Shown here piece by piece: positions 1 through 13,045 of a DNA stretch of 64,000 nucleotides. Where the stretch lies: contig NC_047019.1 in the NCBI RefSeq assembly GCF_902652985.1, positions 17,794,001 to 17,858,000 on the forward strand. Reading direction: 5' to 3'. This DNA comes from Pecten maximus. Its lineage: Eukaryota. Below the pieces are notes generated by a model. It was not told the origin of the DNA. It saw nothing but the letters and a program-made list of their open reading frames with translations, and ran no database searches. Position 1 is the stretch's first letter; every line of letters starts with the position of its first letter. Made by a program: the position numbers and the translations under genes.

Positions 1-2568
1 AAATGTGCTTGACTGTGTTACTATATCGGCGGTACCATTGTCTAAAATTCAATGTTTGCCTTAAATATTTTAAGAAATAAAGTAGTCTGTATCTTCTATC
101 ATTCAAAATGTCTAAAATCCGGTGTTGGGGACAGAGGAAACTCGGACCAGCAAAACATCAATTAGAGGAAAATCATATACAATGTACATGTGTATGTAAT
201 GTTGATGTGTCGTTTTGCCACTTGATACGCATTATAGACTTAAACGTATCTTTCCAAAGTGGTCATATGACTGTCAAATCTGACCTACGATACACCGTTA
301 TCTGGCGGCGTCCACACGTGTGCTCAAGGTGACACAGAGTACCTCCAAAGTTATGAATGAGCTTGTTACATGTGTATTGTGCACACATGTGCTAACTTTC
401 GCGGGCTTTTGGTTGACACAGGTGTACTTGGATGATCGAACGGGCCACAACCAGTTCTCTGTCCTATGATTCATCTCGATATGAATATTCTGACGAAATT
501 ATAGTTAGGGTTAACACAAACTGGGGTTAAAGGTTTGTCCTATCTCAGAGTGATGTCGTTGATTTAGAGTGTATTTACTATCTGACCACAATACATGACA
601 CGGCGTCTCGCTGGTGGGGTCGACTTCAAATACAGGTCAAATGTGTTCCCGGGATTGTCAAGTGCCTAGTATTCTTATTGTCAACGTTGTGTTGTGTGTT
701 AACTCTGGTAATTTGTTTGACTTACTACTCAACAAGGACATCTTCACTTCCTTTTAATGACATCAACAACTCTGATATAATGTATAGACATATGTAAATA
801 ACTATACCGATAAACAATTTCAGAACACCAATTGTTCTTCGTAAGTTTTTCAAATAAATATTTTCTTCCTGTCGTTGAAATTTAAAGTATCTTCATTCAC
901 TTTAACTCTTAAATTGAATTTAAACATATATTAATATAATGTCAACAAGAATCTATTTTGATTACTCAAATGAGATATTTTATCCTACGTATACTTTGAC
1001 ATTTATTTCGTGAAAATAATTGAATGATTCACGTTTTTTTAAAGAGTTGAATGATTTAATCAAGTATAGCGGTTTTCATTGTGTTTCATAATTACGATTT
1101 AATCAACCTTTTCAAAAGGTAAAGGTTAATGAAATTGATGAAATCGTGATTATCACTCAGGGGATAGTATGAATGAAATATTGATTTTCATGAGTAGTAC
1201 TGACAGGTGTTCCGGAATGGTACGCGTGTCCTGCTACATCGTTGACACTCGTGTAATAGAGAACAAACTCAGATTATGTCACGTTCTCAAACGGAGAGCC
1301 AGGGTGGCGACATTGAAACCACCAAGTATCGAAAACGACTGTACTTCATATCGCACAAGGAAATGGAATGTTTAATTCCTAAGTATATAATTTCCTTATC
1401 TCATCTATTGAAACCATCTATTATAAGTTGTTTTTTCGTCAGCAAAGTAATCTGATATTGGAAGCAAGTCCTTGCATATCGAATATATTAACTATAACAT
1501 CTAAATACCGTAGGTATAAGCGGAAGTAATGATTTTACTATCAATAAATGGGAAATAAAAAATATAGTTAAAAATATTCAGGGCAAGTTGAACAAATACA
1601 AAAAATGTAGTTGACGTATTAGTGTATTTATTGTCTGTATGAAAAATGAAATTGAACCGATTATCAATAGTCGAGTTGACAACATAAAATTATATAAACA
1701 TGATGTTTGGCAATGAGAACACATAAAATGTACGTGAACATATATATACGGGCGAGTTGAACAATATATGGAATCTGCATATTATCCTTGATAAAAAGAA
1801 CGAATTGACCACAAATAATGAACACAAAATAGTCTGTGCATATTGATCGACGAATGGGCCATACTATGTATAGTGACAAGGTAACAATTTCAGTATGTCC
1901 ATTATGACGAATAGCCGTCACGTCTATAACACATAAGTGAGGATAGTTTGTATGAGACGTTTCTATTCCGATTCTCCACCAGTTAACGTCTCGTCCCGAT
2001 GGACCATTCCACTCATAGGTCGGTAGCTGACTATAAGTGTCTTATGGTGTTCGACGTGCGACTGAAGAAGACTGTCTGCAGCTTCAGTTGCAGAGATTCT
2101 GTCAGTTTGATTTTGTTTTTAGGTGTTTAACGTCTTTGCAAAAGTCGGAGTCATATGAAGACGGGTGTCAAGGAGGCGCCTATATCAGAAACCAAAGTAC
2201 AGAAAGACAGAGCAGTGAGACTCTGTCAGAAAGAATCCATATACAGGAACCATACACTATTTGTGTAGTCACTGCAGTTGGTGCAATGATCCCAATGTAC
2301 AATATTCGGTGGCGTCCAAGGTAAACGTACCTGCTGAAATGGGTTTTTTCTCCTCGTGACGATTTGATGTCTATGTCATCCATTGTGACGTCAGTTTGAA
2401 TTGGACTTGGTGTTCAACTATTTCAGATGTTAATTTATATGTACAGTATGCGTGAAAATGGGACTGACATTAGAACTCAATAATAGAAGTGTCACCAGCG
2501 ACCGACGCAGTTCAATTTCTCAGTTCCTACTACGAATATTCTTTGATGGTGATGTGGATTTGATACAC

Positions 2569-3243
2569 TTAGTGTGAATTGCTACTAGACGTTTCTGTGT
2601 CGGACAGAAATGTGACGGACCTGACCGGAGTTGCACGAAGGTTGGGTACCCCGTCTTCACGATCTCGTATGATCCCGAGGGTCCGACAGTCCCTATGATA
2701 TGACGATGTCCGGTGTTTGTTGAGAGGTGGAACCATGCTATCGCCCCAGTGACCAAATCTAACCTTATCTTTCCTCAACTGTGGAGACTTCAGTGCAGAT
2801 TTGGGCTGTTTCGGATACAATCCCACAACATCAGCCACTGTACCTTGTAGTTTCCTAGGAACTCTGATATGTCCTTCATCATGAACCACGTTTGCGTTAT
2901 TTCCGTAGGTATTGTTTGCTAACAGGAAGTCTTCAGAACATCGTATATCCAAACACGGAATATTACTTTCCGTAAATGTTTTAGATTCGTCATCATTTCT
3001 GTCAATGACAATGCTCTTAAATCCCATTAGATCCGCATATCCATCAATCTTAGTCGCATTCACAGAAAATACAATTCTCCCTCCATCTTTAGGGCTGTTG
3101 TATCGTGAACCCGTTTTTGTCCTGCTTCCACAAGGAATGGAACTCCTCTGACGAATCATAGTTCCGTGTTGGTGCCAACACCGTTCGGATCCAAAATGGC
3201 GGCTTTGCGCTCTTCTCGGTGAAATTTTAATCTTGTCATTCAA
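2569..3243 (-). CDS. Possible coding exon/ORF of unknown function (224 aa from TTG; first in-frame ATG at ~3159)
   Basis: Long non-repetitive open frame in AT-rich DNA with ordinary, low-structure composition. No recognised domain and no clear start or splice acceptor. Confidence 0.3.
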   Translation of the reverse strand: MNDKIKISPRRAQSRHFGSERCWHQHGTMIRQRSSIPCGSRTKTGSRYNSPKDGGRIVFSVNATKIDGYADLMGFKSIVIDRNDDESKTFTESNIPCLDIRCSEDFLLANNTYGNNANVVHDEGHIRVPRKLQGTVADVVGLYPKQPKSALKSPQLRKDKVRFGHWGDSMVPPLNKHRTSSYHRDCRTLGIIRDREDGVPNLRATPVRSVTFLSDTETSSSNSH

Positions 3244-4939
3244 ACTCTCTTGTCATTCCTCATTGTGACGTATTCATTGACAGAGTAGACACATTTGAAA
3301 CTTGATGAATGGGAAGTACATGAGTTTTTTATATAGTCTATTCACTTCCCGCAATGAGCGTTACTAACTTATAATCACTACTGCTAAGGTGCACATATTA
3401 TATCAAATACTGGTACTTGCGACAGGTGCAATTGGCAAAGTAAGGTCCAACACCTACTTAAGCCAGATTAATTACGCGTGTCAATTATTTCTTTTTCGCG
3501 ACCAAGTACCTGTATAGGAATACGGGGTAAGGCGAGCTGTTAATTTATCAGATTTAAAATACAAGTACCTATTTAAGTATGTAGCTATTGTATACTTATG
3601 TATAATCTGTGTATCGTCACACAAAGAAATGTCTCCGGACTCCGGGACGGTTTACAGATTAGGCAATCTCAATAGCAATTTACTTTCACGGCTGTATTCA
3701 CAAACTACACAGGACATTACACCACTGGAGCCATTCATGTCTGAAATTTACACGACAAATTCGATATTTTATCATTGTGGTGTATGTTATTGTACGTAAT
3801 GTATACAAGGTCTGATACTCTACCAGAAAAATTAAAATATCACATGAACAAGATGGTCCGCATCAATGACTGCTCATTGTGCTGCGTTCATTGAATATTC
3901 ACTGCGTTCGATACAAACGTTATTCTGTGGTGTCCTTATAAGTTATTTCTGTACCGTCTATGGTCCCGGTCTCATTCCAGTAAACCATGGAAATGCGTAT
4001 ACAATGAAATTATTCGAAAGTAAAGATATAATAAGCAGTATTCTATGACAGTTACTGATAATGTTCAATGTTCAATTAATCACTCATATACAATGAAATG
4101 TACTTTCCGTTCCCAAAATGGGCTTCCGGAATCGGAAACCGAATTTCCGGACTGGTGAGTACAAATAACGTTACGGAAATCCGTTCCCGTGCTATTCCGT
4201 CCGGACTGCGAGTTTTCCGGACTATCGGCGTCCGGATTATCGCGGGTCCACTGTAGTCAATGACAACATTGTAATGATGAACGTTATACGATATTGAATA
4301 ACAGGCCAGTGACTTCCCGAATGATGTGATCAGTACGTCAATACGTCGAAACTGGACAGTACAATAATTCTAAATCGCGGTGGAAAAGACCACTAATAAA
4401 AGTCCAGCGAGGGAGTATACATTTCGTGTATACCAGGGTCATTATGACCCAAAGATGCTCCGGACCAAACAAGAATCCATTTATTCGGACAGAGCTAGAT
4501 TTTTACAAATGTCATTGTTCCAATTGTTGAACCCGCCCTTCTGACAAAATTGTGTCAGCCCCGCACTATAGGAATATACTTTTGAATAGTTTATCTTTGT
4601 TTGTTCTATTCGGCTCTGTTCCATTGTCCACGAGAACTACCTGTAGCACTTTACTATACTATACTATATTTGATTAACATTAGGGTCCCAATAACGTCAA
4701 ATATTCTTTTTTACTCCGGTAGCTATTTCAAAATTGATGACGTATGATACTCAACAGAACAAACTCGCTTCAAAGCCATGTGAGCGTATGGCCAAACGTC
4801 TACACAATGCAGAGTAGTGAACCAAGGGACGTTGAAAAGTGACTGTCCTTTTACAGATCTTTGGTAGACACTTGTTGAACACACACACATGCATTATGTA
4901 TGCATTTGTCCGTTGTCTATCGACCGACCTTCCTTTCTT

Positions 4940-5660
4940 CATATGACCGTAGCTGTTGTGGGACCTTATCACAAATTGACAATGCCGTGACACTTGATGT
5001 TGGGACTCTTTCATTAATTTAATATGTCGTCACATGGCCATAGCTGTTGCGCGCCTCTATCACCAATTGGCATGGTGGCCACATGACCATAGCTGTTGTG
5101 GGGTTATATCATAAATGGACACCATCGCCAATTGACTGTAACATTTGCGATGCTCTATCATTAATGAGCAATGTCGTTTCATCATCAATGATCATCAGCG
5201 CCACATGACCAAATATTTAGCGTGGTTCTAGCATCAATGGGAAACGTTGCCACATGACCATAGCTATTGTTGGACTCTATCATCAATTGACAATGTCGTG
5301 GTACGACCATAGGTGTAATTGAATCTATCATCAATGAGCATCATCGCCACATGGCCATAGCTGTTGTGGGGTTTCATCATCAATTGACAATTCCGTGGTG
5401 TGACCCTAGCTGTTGAAGGACTCGTTCGTCAAGCGACAATTCCTTGGTATTGCCATAGCTGTTGTAGGGCTCTATCATAAATGGGCAACGTCGCCTTATG
5501 ACGATAGCTCTTGTGGGACTCTATATTCAATGGGCATTATCGCCACATGACCATAGGTGTTGTGGGGCTTTATCATCATTGGACAAAATTCCGTGGTGTT
5601 ATGCTAGCTGTTGTTGGACTCAATTGTCAATTCCGTGGTATGACTATCGTTGTTGTGGGA
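4940..5660. repeat. Degenerate tandem repeat, ~49-bp unit (CACATGACCATAGCTGTTGTGGGACTCTATCATCAATTGACAAT-like)
   Basis: The CATAGCTGTTG-like core recurs at 49-bp spacing (~5355, 5404, 5453, 5502, 5551). Confidence 0.85.
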
Positions 5661-6871
5661 AAAGAAATATAGAATTGTTGAAAATGAAGAACACATATTT
5701 TTTATGTTCTGCATTAACAACCGAGGGATGACTAGTTTTCTAAACATTGAACTTGTTGATGTGAAATCTACATTTTGATAATCTCAGTTAAACAGTGTCC
5801 AGGTCTGAGGAGTGTGTGTATGTGAAAGCTAATGTGTTGTTTGTTATGATGCTTTGCCCTCAAACTACTTTGCAGTACCAAACATTTCTCAATGAACACG
5901 ATCTTTTTATGTTACTGTTTGGGAGGGCATACATCTTCAGATATTATTGAAACGTAACACGCATATTTTATATCAACAATCGTTTTGACTTTTTGAATTA
6001 TATCCATTGTCCAACGTACCAATAATAAGAATACACGAGCTCGTCGTGTTGGTCCCAGCAAGTTTCCATAAAATACTTCCGATCGCGATGACTGGTGACT
6101 CACATGACATACCAAACATTGTAAAACAAATGCCCGGAGCTCACCTCAGGCCGTTAAGTCGCTGTAAACCTTCACTTGTTGCAGCGATGCAAACACCAAT
6201 AAAATAACGAAAGAACAAACAAACAGCTGCCGTATATCTTGTCCTTCCAATTTGAACGCTTAGAGAGCAGTGTCAATCCCAGAAGTGCCGTTAAACATGA
6301 ATGGAGATGGGATCTCGTGAGATCGTCTGTAAATCAGCCATTCACACAGACATGGATGACATTTCTCTCAAGGTCACGGTCATAGAGCTTGATCTCAAGT
6401 ACACTCATTGATCAAAATGTGATGTACAAATATAGTTCAGTAATTCCAATGTTTGACATAGTCTTCACAGTCATTATAACAATCGAAGTTATGTTTCTCT
6501 GGGTGTTTTTTTTATCTTGACGTCTGGCGCCCTTTATTCTAGAAAAACATATGAACAATAGTTTAGGTTTTACAACAATTATAAGGGAAGACACCACAGG
6601 GGCTTAAGATGTAGTGATCTAGGGGTCGGTCCCTAGGGTTGATTTTTCTTTCTATGTCGTAGGAACGTGTGTCAAGAAGCCCTTGTGGATCGAGCAGGCG
6701 ATCTCCATTCTCATTCACAACCTTAAAGTATAATACAACAAAAGTGTATCCATTGTTCGTTACATGTTACACTAGCCGACCAGTGATTGGAATATATTCT
6801 GTTCTGCTCAGTCTGTCTGATTTAATTTAGACCATAAGGTCCGTTCTTCCACAATACAAAAGCCTGTGTGA

Positions 6872-8815
6872 TATTGTACCAGGGGTACTATGAAGGATGT
6901 TTTACCAGAGGTACTATGAAGGATGTTTTACCAGGGGTACTGTGAAGGATGTTGTACCAGGGGTACTGTGAAGGATGTTGTACCAGGGGTTCTGTGAAGG
7001 ATGTTGTACCAGGGTTATTGTGAAGGATGTTGTACCAGAGGTACTATGAAGGATGTTGTATCAGGGGTTCTGTGAAGGATGTTGTACCAGGGGTACTGTG
7101 AAGGATGTTTTACCAGGGGTATGGTGAAGGATGTTGTACCAGGGGTACTGTGAAGGATGTTTTACCAGGGGTACTGTGAAGGATGTTTTACCAGGGGTAC
7201 TGTGAAGGATGTTGTACCAGGGGTATTGTGAAGGATGTTGTACCAGGGGTTCTGTGAAGGATGTTTTACCAGGGGTACTGTGAAGGATGTTGTACCAGGG
7301 GTATTGTGAAGGATGTTTTACCAGGGGTACTGTGAAGGATGTTGTACCAGGGGTACTGTGAAGGATGTTTTACCAGGGGTACTGTGAAGGATGTTTTACC
7401 AGGGGTACTGTGAAGGATGTTTTACCAGGGGTACTGTGAAGGATGTTGTACCAGGGGTACTATGAAGGATGTTTTACCAGGGGTACTATGAAGGATGTTT
7501 TACCAGGGGTACTATGAAGGATGTTTTACCAGGGGTACTGTGAAGGATGTTGTACCAGGGGTACTGTGAAGGATGTTGTACCAGGGGTATGGTGAATGAT
7601 GTTTTACCAGGGGTACTGTGAAGGATGTTGTACCAGGGGTACTGTGAAGGATGTTGTACCAGGGTACTGTGAAGGATGTTGTACCAGGGGTACTGTGAAG
7701 GATGTTGTACCAGGGGTATTGTGAAGGATGTTGTACCAGGGGTATTGTGAAGGATGTTGTACCAGGGGTATTGTGAAGGATGTTTTACCAGGGGTACTGT
7801 GAAGGATGTTTTACCAGGGTACTGTGAAGGATGTTGTACCAGGGGTATTGTGAAGGGATGTTGTACCAGGGGTATTGTGAAGGATGTTGTACCAGGGGTA
7901 TTGTGAAGGATGTTTTACCAGGGTACTGTGAAGGATGTTGTACCAGGGGTACTGTGAAGGATGTTGTACCAGGGGTATTGTGAAGGATGTTGTACCAGGG
8001 GTACTGTGAAGGATGTTGTACCAGAGGTACTGTGAAGGATGTTGTACCAGGGGTACTGTGAAGGATGTTGTACCAGGGGTTCTGTGAAGGATGTTGTACC
8101 AGGGGTACTGTGAAGGATGTTTTACCAGGGGTACTGTGAAGGATGTTGTACCAGGGGTTCTGTGAAGGATGTTGTACCAGGGGTACTGTGAAGGATGTTG
8201 TACCAGGGGTACTGTGAAGGATGTTGTACCAGGGTACTGTGAAGGATGTTGTACCAGGGGTATTGTGAAGGATGTTGTACCAGGGGTATGGTGAAGGATG
8301 TTGTACCAGGGGTATTGTGAAGGATGTTGTACCAGGGGTACTGTGAAGGATGTTGTACCAGGGGTACTGTGAAGGATGTTTTACCAGGGGTACTGTGAAG
8401 GATGTTGTACCAGGGGTACTGTGAAGGATGTTGTACCAGGGGTACTGTGAAGGATGTTGTACCAGGGGTACTGTGAAGGATGTTGTACCAGGGTACTGTG
8501 AAGGATGTTGTACCAGGGGTATTGTGAAGGATGTTGTACCAGGGGTACTGTGAAGGATGTTGTACCAGGGTACTGTGAAGGATGTTGTACCAGGGTATTG
8601 TGAAGGATGTTGTACCAGGGGTACTGTGAAGGATGTTGTACCAGGGTACTGTGAAGGATGTTGTACCAGGGGTATTGTGAAGGATGTTGTACCAGGGGTA
8701 CTGTGAAGGATGTTGTACCAGGGTACTGTGAAGGATGTTGTACCAGGGTATTGTGAAGGATGTTGTACCAGGGGTACTGTGAAGGATGTTGTACCAGGGG
8801 TACTGTGAAGGATGC
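6872..8815. repeat. Homogeneous minisatellite, 26-bp unit CCAGGGGTACTGTGAAGGATGTTGTA (~75 copies)
   Basis: Directly visible. Variants have GGG instead of GGGG, TTTTA/TTGTA and TACT/TATT. Confidence 0.98.
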
Positions 8816-9231
8816 ACCCACTTAATGTGATAATAGAGGTGTGGCAGAGGATAGGAATTGATGACCGACTTTAAACAGATAGAGGCCAATATATAGTTTT
8901 AATGTCCTTTTGGACATATGTGGATAAGCCCGGTGATATAATGTATAAATTAACCGTGAAAGCCACGTGGTGGTCAGTGTTGGATTTGTAAAGGTACGTT
9001 TTACTATGCCATGCGATACAATCTCTCAAATTAGTACCCGGTTTGCTCCATCTACTCTCCATCCATCTTAACATTTGGCTATCTTTTTGTCACTTTGGCG
9101 ACCTCTTGACCTTGTGCGATTTCAATATATACCTGGTCAGACCCATATTTACCACCATCACAATGGTTATCTACAAGTTAGATGGCTATTCTTGAGCAGG
9201 CCGATCCTTTGTTGAACTAAATGACAGTTAC

Positions 9232-9305
9232 TAGCCCAAGTTTCCTCTGACCCGGATACCATGTCCTACACCAGATGGTGTCAGGGCTAGAGGAAACTCG
9301 GGCTA
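9232..9305. mobile_element. Tiny (74 bp) non-autonomous TIR element with TAG...CTA ends
   Basis: TAGCCCAAGTTTCCTCT ... AGAGGAAACTCGGGCTA inverted repeats, flanked by GACAGTTAC / GACAGCTAC (9-bp TSD, 1 mismatch). A related end occurs at 63957. Confidence 0.7.
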
Positions 9306-9569
9306 GACAGCTACCTGATATGGGGAAATGACGTTAAGGAAGTCGAGTTAAGAGATTTCGTGTTTATGAGCTCATCTAATCACTATTTACATATACAAAT
9401 GCACCCTTATATTGAAAGGGGCTTCTATTAGATAAGCAAATATTTCCTGCAATTTCTAAATGAAACCTTATTTTTCGATCGAATTGGATGGAATATATGT
9501 ACTGCACATATATTACTACCAAATTCTCTGATAGAAATTGATATAATGATACATAAATCAATTCATCTT

Positions 9570-9880
9570 ATCGCCTTGGTAGACCAATGTTTGATAGCAC
9601 AGGGACTTGGCCCGAGATCCAACACTCCATGGTCCATATATTTATGTATCGCCTTGGTATAATATGGGACATATGGAGTTCGACATCGGACCGAGAAGGA
9701 CCACCTAGCCGCGCCCATGTCCGTCCCAGGGAGATGTCCGGCCCTGTGGACGTACCGGATGGATAGGACAAGACTCGCCTGAGGGGGACACAGGCACCGG
9801 AGGCACTCGACCACCGCCCCCCTCACGTCGCCTGAACACAGCTCACGCCGTGGAAGGAGACGTTAAACCACTAACCAACA
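9570..9880 (+). mobile_element. Probable tRNA-derived SINE
   Basis: GC-rich island with A-box-like TGGTAGACCAATG / TGGTATAATATGG, B-box-like GAGTTCGAC, and a 3' GACGTTAAAC-(CTAACCAAC) tail resembling the tail at ~26590. Confidence 0.45.
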
Positions 9881-10815
9881 TAATATGGAGCATGGGATCG
9901 GAATTATTACAATGTCCACTGGTTTGTTACATTAACCTGCAGCTATAATTTTCTAGAATGTATGTTCAAATATTTTTTGTCGCTAATATAGTAACTTACA
10001 ACAAGTGAAGGTGGTTATCGTAGGTAGGAAACTGAACAGTCATATGATTATTAACAATCTTTATTAAGATAACTAAAATTAACAAAAAATATATATAACT
10101 AACGCCTACAGTAAGTAACTTCTACGAACAAAATCAATATAAACCATAAAATCCCATTGTATAAGAGAATGTCATGGTTGTAAATTATTAATTATAGTCT
10201 ACAAGTTATAACGACAATATATGTTAGAACATGTAAATAATAAAATATCTTAAGCAAGTCTACTGCACGTTTTACCCTGAAAGAATCTGAGCTGGGATCC
10301 TGAACATAGTAAACGTAGACGATACCATAGTCAATATTGACCGAAATGTCCCCGTTATGAGATACCATGGTACCACGTCTGGTGATATATCCATTTACAT
10401 TTGATATAGTCATTTCACAGCTTTGTATCACAGCTTTAGGCACGTACACTTGTAAATATATGACACCAAATAATCCATATAAAAACATTAACGCATGCGC
10501 ACAATCACTACTTCCGGTTAATTTTATATCTACTGTTCCTGTTTTCTATCAAGTAAATTCAGGTTCACAGTAACTACAGTGTTAAGAGTACGACCCATCC
10601 ATTTCTAAATCAGCACCGACACTTCGACTTAGGCGTATAACACGAATCTTGGTCTAGATCGTCACAATATTAGAAACACTTTATCCTGACTTCCGGTGAT
10701 TGAAATATCTGCAATTGACATCCATTATCGAGGTCATGTGACACTCACACTTCATCAGTGGGTAGTTCAATGGCTCCTCTTCACCTTTACAAGTCGTTTT
10801 TTTCGATACCTGCTC

Positions 10816-11538
10816 TTAGCCCGCAATGAGAAGTGTTGTATAGTTCGAGTGGCGCATACCAAAACTACATCCCGACCCCCGGGACTGTCTGTTTGGTTGG
10901 TATGCTGCAGGGCCGGGATTTCGAGACTTGTCCTGTATGCTCCCACACCTAGGTCGAATGCTGTATGCTGGGGGTCTTGGGTTGTAGACTTCAGACTTGA
11001 TGACCCCATATGTCCCTGGGCCCGGGGATTTGCTATTACTTGCTGTCAGTGCTCGTCTGGTGCCTAAACTGTACATAGGAGCTTGTCTCTTACCACTCTG
11101 TACTGTTTTACCAATACCACCCGGCACTTTATAACAATTTGGCGCGGGTGTTCGTCCGGATTTCCTGCTTCGATGGCGACCCCCAAAGCTGAAGGCATTC
11201 CTAGGGTTAGAGTGCGACTTTTCGGTGTTGTACGCCCCTGGGCCAGGGCTGCCATGTTTGGACTTTGAAGGGTGACGCCCACTTATCGAATACTTGGGCG
11301 TACCATCAATCCCTGTCCTATACAGCTTGGAATTGGGAAAGTACTTACTCGGACCAGGACTTCGGTCCTTTTGGTTCCGTCCGACGCGATGACCAAAGGT
11401 ATGGGCAGGCTTCATCACATGAACACTCCGTGGGTCGTGAGATTTCTGCCCCACTAGACCAGGTAATCCGTAAACGGGCCCGGGACCCGAGAAGCTGGCT
11501 GCTATGGGGGCCCGAGGGCGGGTATGACGGTACGCCAT
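10816..11538 (-). CDS. ODF3: Outer dense fiber protein 3 / CIMAP1 family (SHIPPO-repeat) protein, divergent paralogue, 240 aa, single coding exon
   Basis: N-terminal PRAPIAAxxxGPGPxYGLP motif, repeated PGPGxY / PxYS(I/L) / FSFG units and C-terminal SFGMRHS. Collinear with 18360-19112. A splice acceptor (CTTCTGTACAG) lies just upstream of the ATG at ~11563, and AATAAA at 10065-10060. Confidence 0.9.
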   Translation of the reverse strand: MAYRHTRPRAPIAASFSGPGPVYGLPGLVGQKSHDPRSVHVMKPAHTFGHRVGRNQKDRSPGPSKYFPNSKLYRTGIDGTPKYSISGRHPSKSKHGSPGPGAYNTEKSHSNPRNAFSFGGRHRSRKSGRTPAPNCYKVPGGIGKTVQSGKRQAPMYSLGTRRALTASNSKSPGPGTYGVIKSEVYNPRPPAYSIRPRCGSIQDKSRNPGPAAYQPNRQSRGSGCSFGMRHSNYTTLLIAG

Positions 11539-12221
11539 ATCTTTAAAGGAAGCTCTATATCACCTGTACAGAAGAATCAGTTCATCTCCGCCTCAGAGAT
11601 ACACCTGTGTGGAATTTCCGAGTTAAAAATTTCCCTGGTTGCCGTCCAGTCTCATTAAACTTTCATATAATATGAACACTGTCGAGTCACTAACTCGAGT
11701 ATACGTCCGATTTACATGTGTTTATCACGGAAATGACTCTTACCAACGCTGTAAACACGTCGGGCCTCAATCAAAACAAGAGTTGCTATATAATATAAGT
11801 GTTACGTGAGCTAGTACTAATATCGTGTGTAAATTTATTCGTGTAGACTGCATGTAGTGACTCGAAAACTCTGAACCGGAATCGTTCACATACGACACCA
11901 GTTTTTAAAGGTCCCACCTATGTACATAGGTATTTCTATTCTAAGGTATTGTACAGGTAGACACGGTTCAATACACATGTCCGCGAGCATATGTTTGAAC
12001 TTTTATTGGCAGATTGTGGACATTTAAATATTGGTATTTGTTGACGAGAAGTCCACAATGGGATGACAAGGATAACGTCGACGTTGATAGCCGTGTGAAT
12101 ATCATAATTATCCCCAATCACACCTGTTAAATACCTCAAAATGTCAAAAAAATCAGTCTTTGATCTGATTATAACACTAGACTGATAATAAAATTGAATA
12201 GTTATTTACCAACAGCAACAG

Positions 12222-12235
12222 GTTGTCATAGAGAC
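12222..12235 (-). promoter_or_regulatory. RFX X-box at the putative 5' non-coding exon/promoter of the first ODF3 paralogue
   Basis: Minus-strand GTCTCTATGACAAC matches GTHNYYATRRNAAC exactly. It lies ~12 bp from a candidate splice donor (G|GTAAAT at 12209) that could join the acceptor at ~11563. Confidence 0.6.
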
Positions 12236-13045
12236 AATACAGTGAAAAAGGTAATAGTTGCGCAAAATCTTGAGTGAATTCCAATTATATAACAACAGGT
12301 TCAGAACTATTCACATTAAAGGAATAGATTAACGCTGATCTTCATTAAACCATTCAAAAAAGAATACCTAAAACGAAATAAAAAGTATAAAAGTCGGTCA
12401 AGTCATTACCGAGATTTTCTAGGTTGAATTCAAACAATGTAACTTCCGGGTTGGCCTAAACGAAAACATAAATTATAGTTACGTCATATGAGCAACATAT
12501 TCCAGGAAGTGCGGAAAGAATATTTATTATGTCACATTGGTTTATCTATTCATTTTCCCCAAATAGTGCGTGTACTTAATTCCAGGTTACTGTAGGAGCC
12601 ATTTTTTATTTCAGCACATATATAGTATTGGTATCTCGATTTCTCAGAGTAAGACCTGGTTGAACATGTCTCCAATTCCATGTGTTGGTTTTTCTTGGTT
12701 TCTAATTATGCATACTTAATTTGGAAAATGATCAATTGAATTAAATGGCAGAGATTTTTATACTTCAAACACGAACTTGAGCTATCGTAGACTCTACGGT
12801 GGCAGATACATGTACATGTATATAGGATCTTCTGTTTCGAACGAATATGTGTCGATATATACCTCCGATTACAAGTTATGATTAAATCAATGCATAACAA
12901 GGACTGGATAAAAACCGTGCTAACGCGTGTGACAATATGTACATAGTTACTGTAAGCACATAGGGTTACTATAAATACATTCTCTGTGAAAACCTTGATT
13001 ATGGGGATTAAAAAATAAGTATGGGTGTTTCTATCTCTGTTTACG

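Noticed and set aside
4110-4256. TCCGGA-rich segment ending GGGTCCACTGTA, like a pogo-type MITE end
   Set aside because: No matching left TIR could be found, so it was not called as an element.
8122-8889. 255-aa and 146-aa repetitive ORFs
   Set aside because: Translations of the 26-bp minisatellite cycling through frames.
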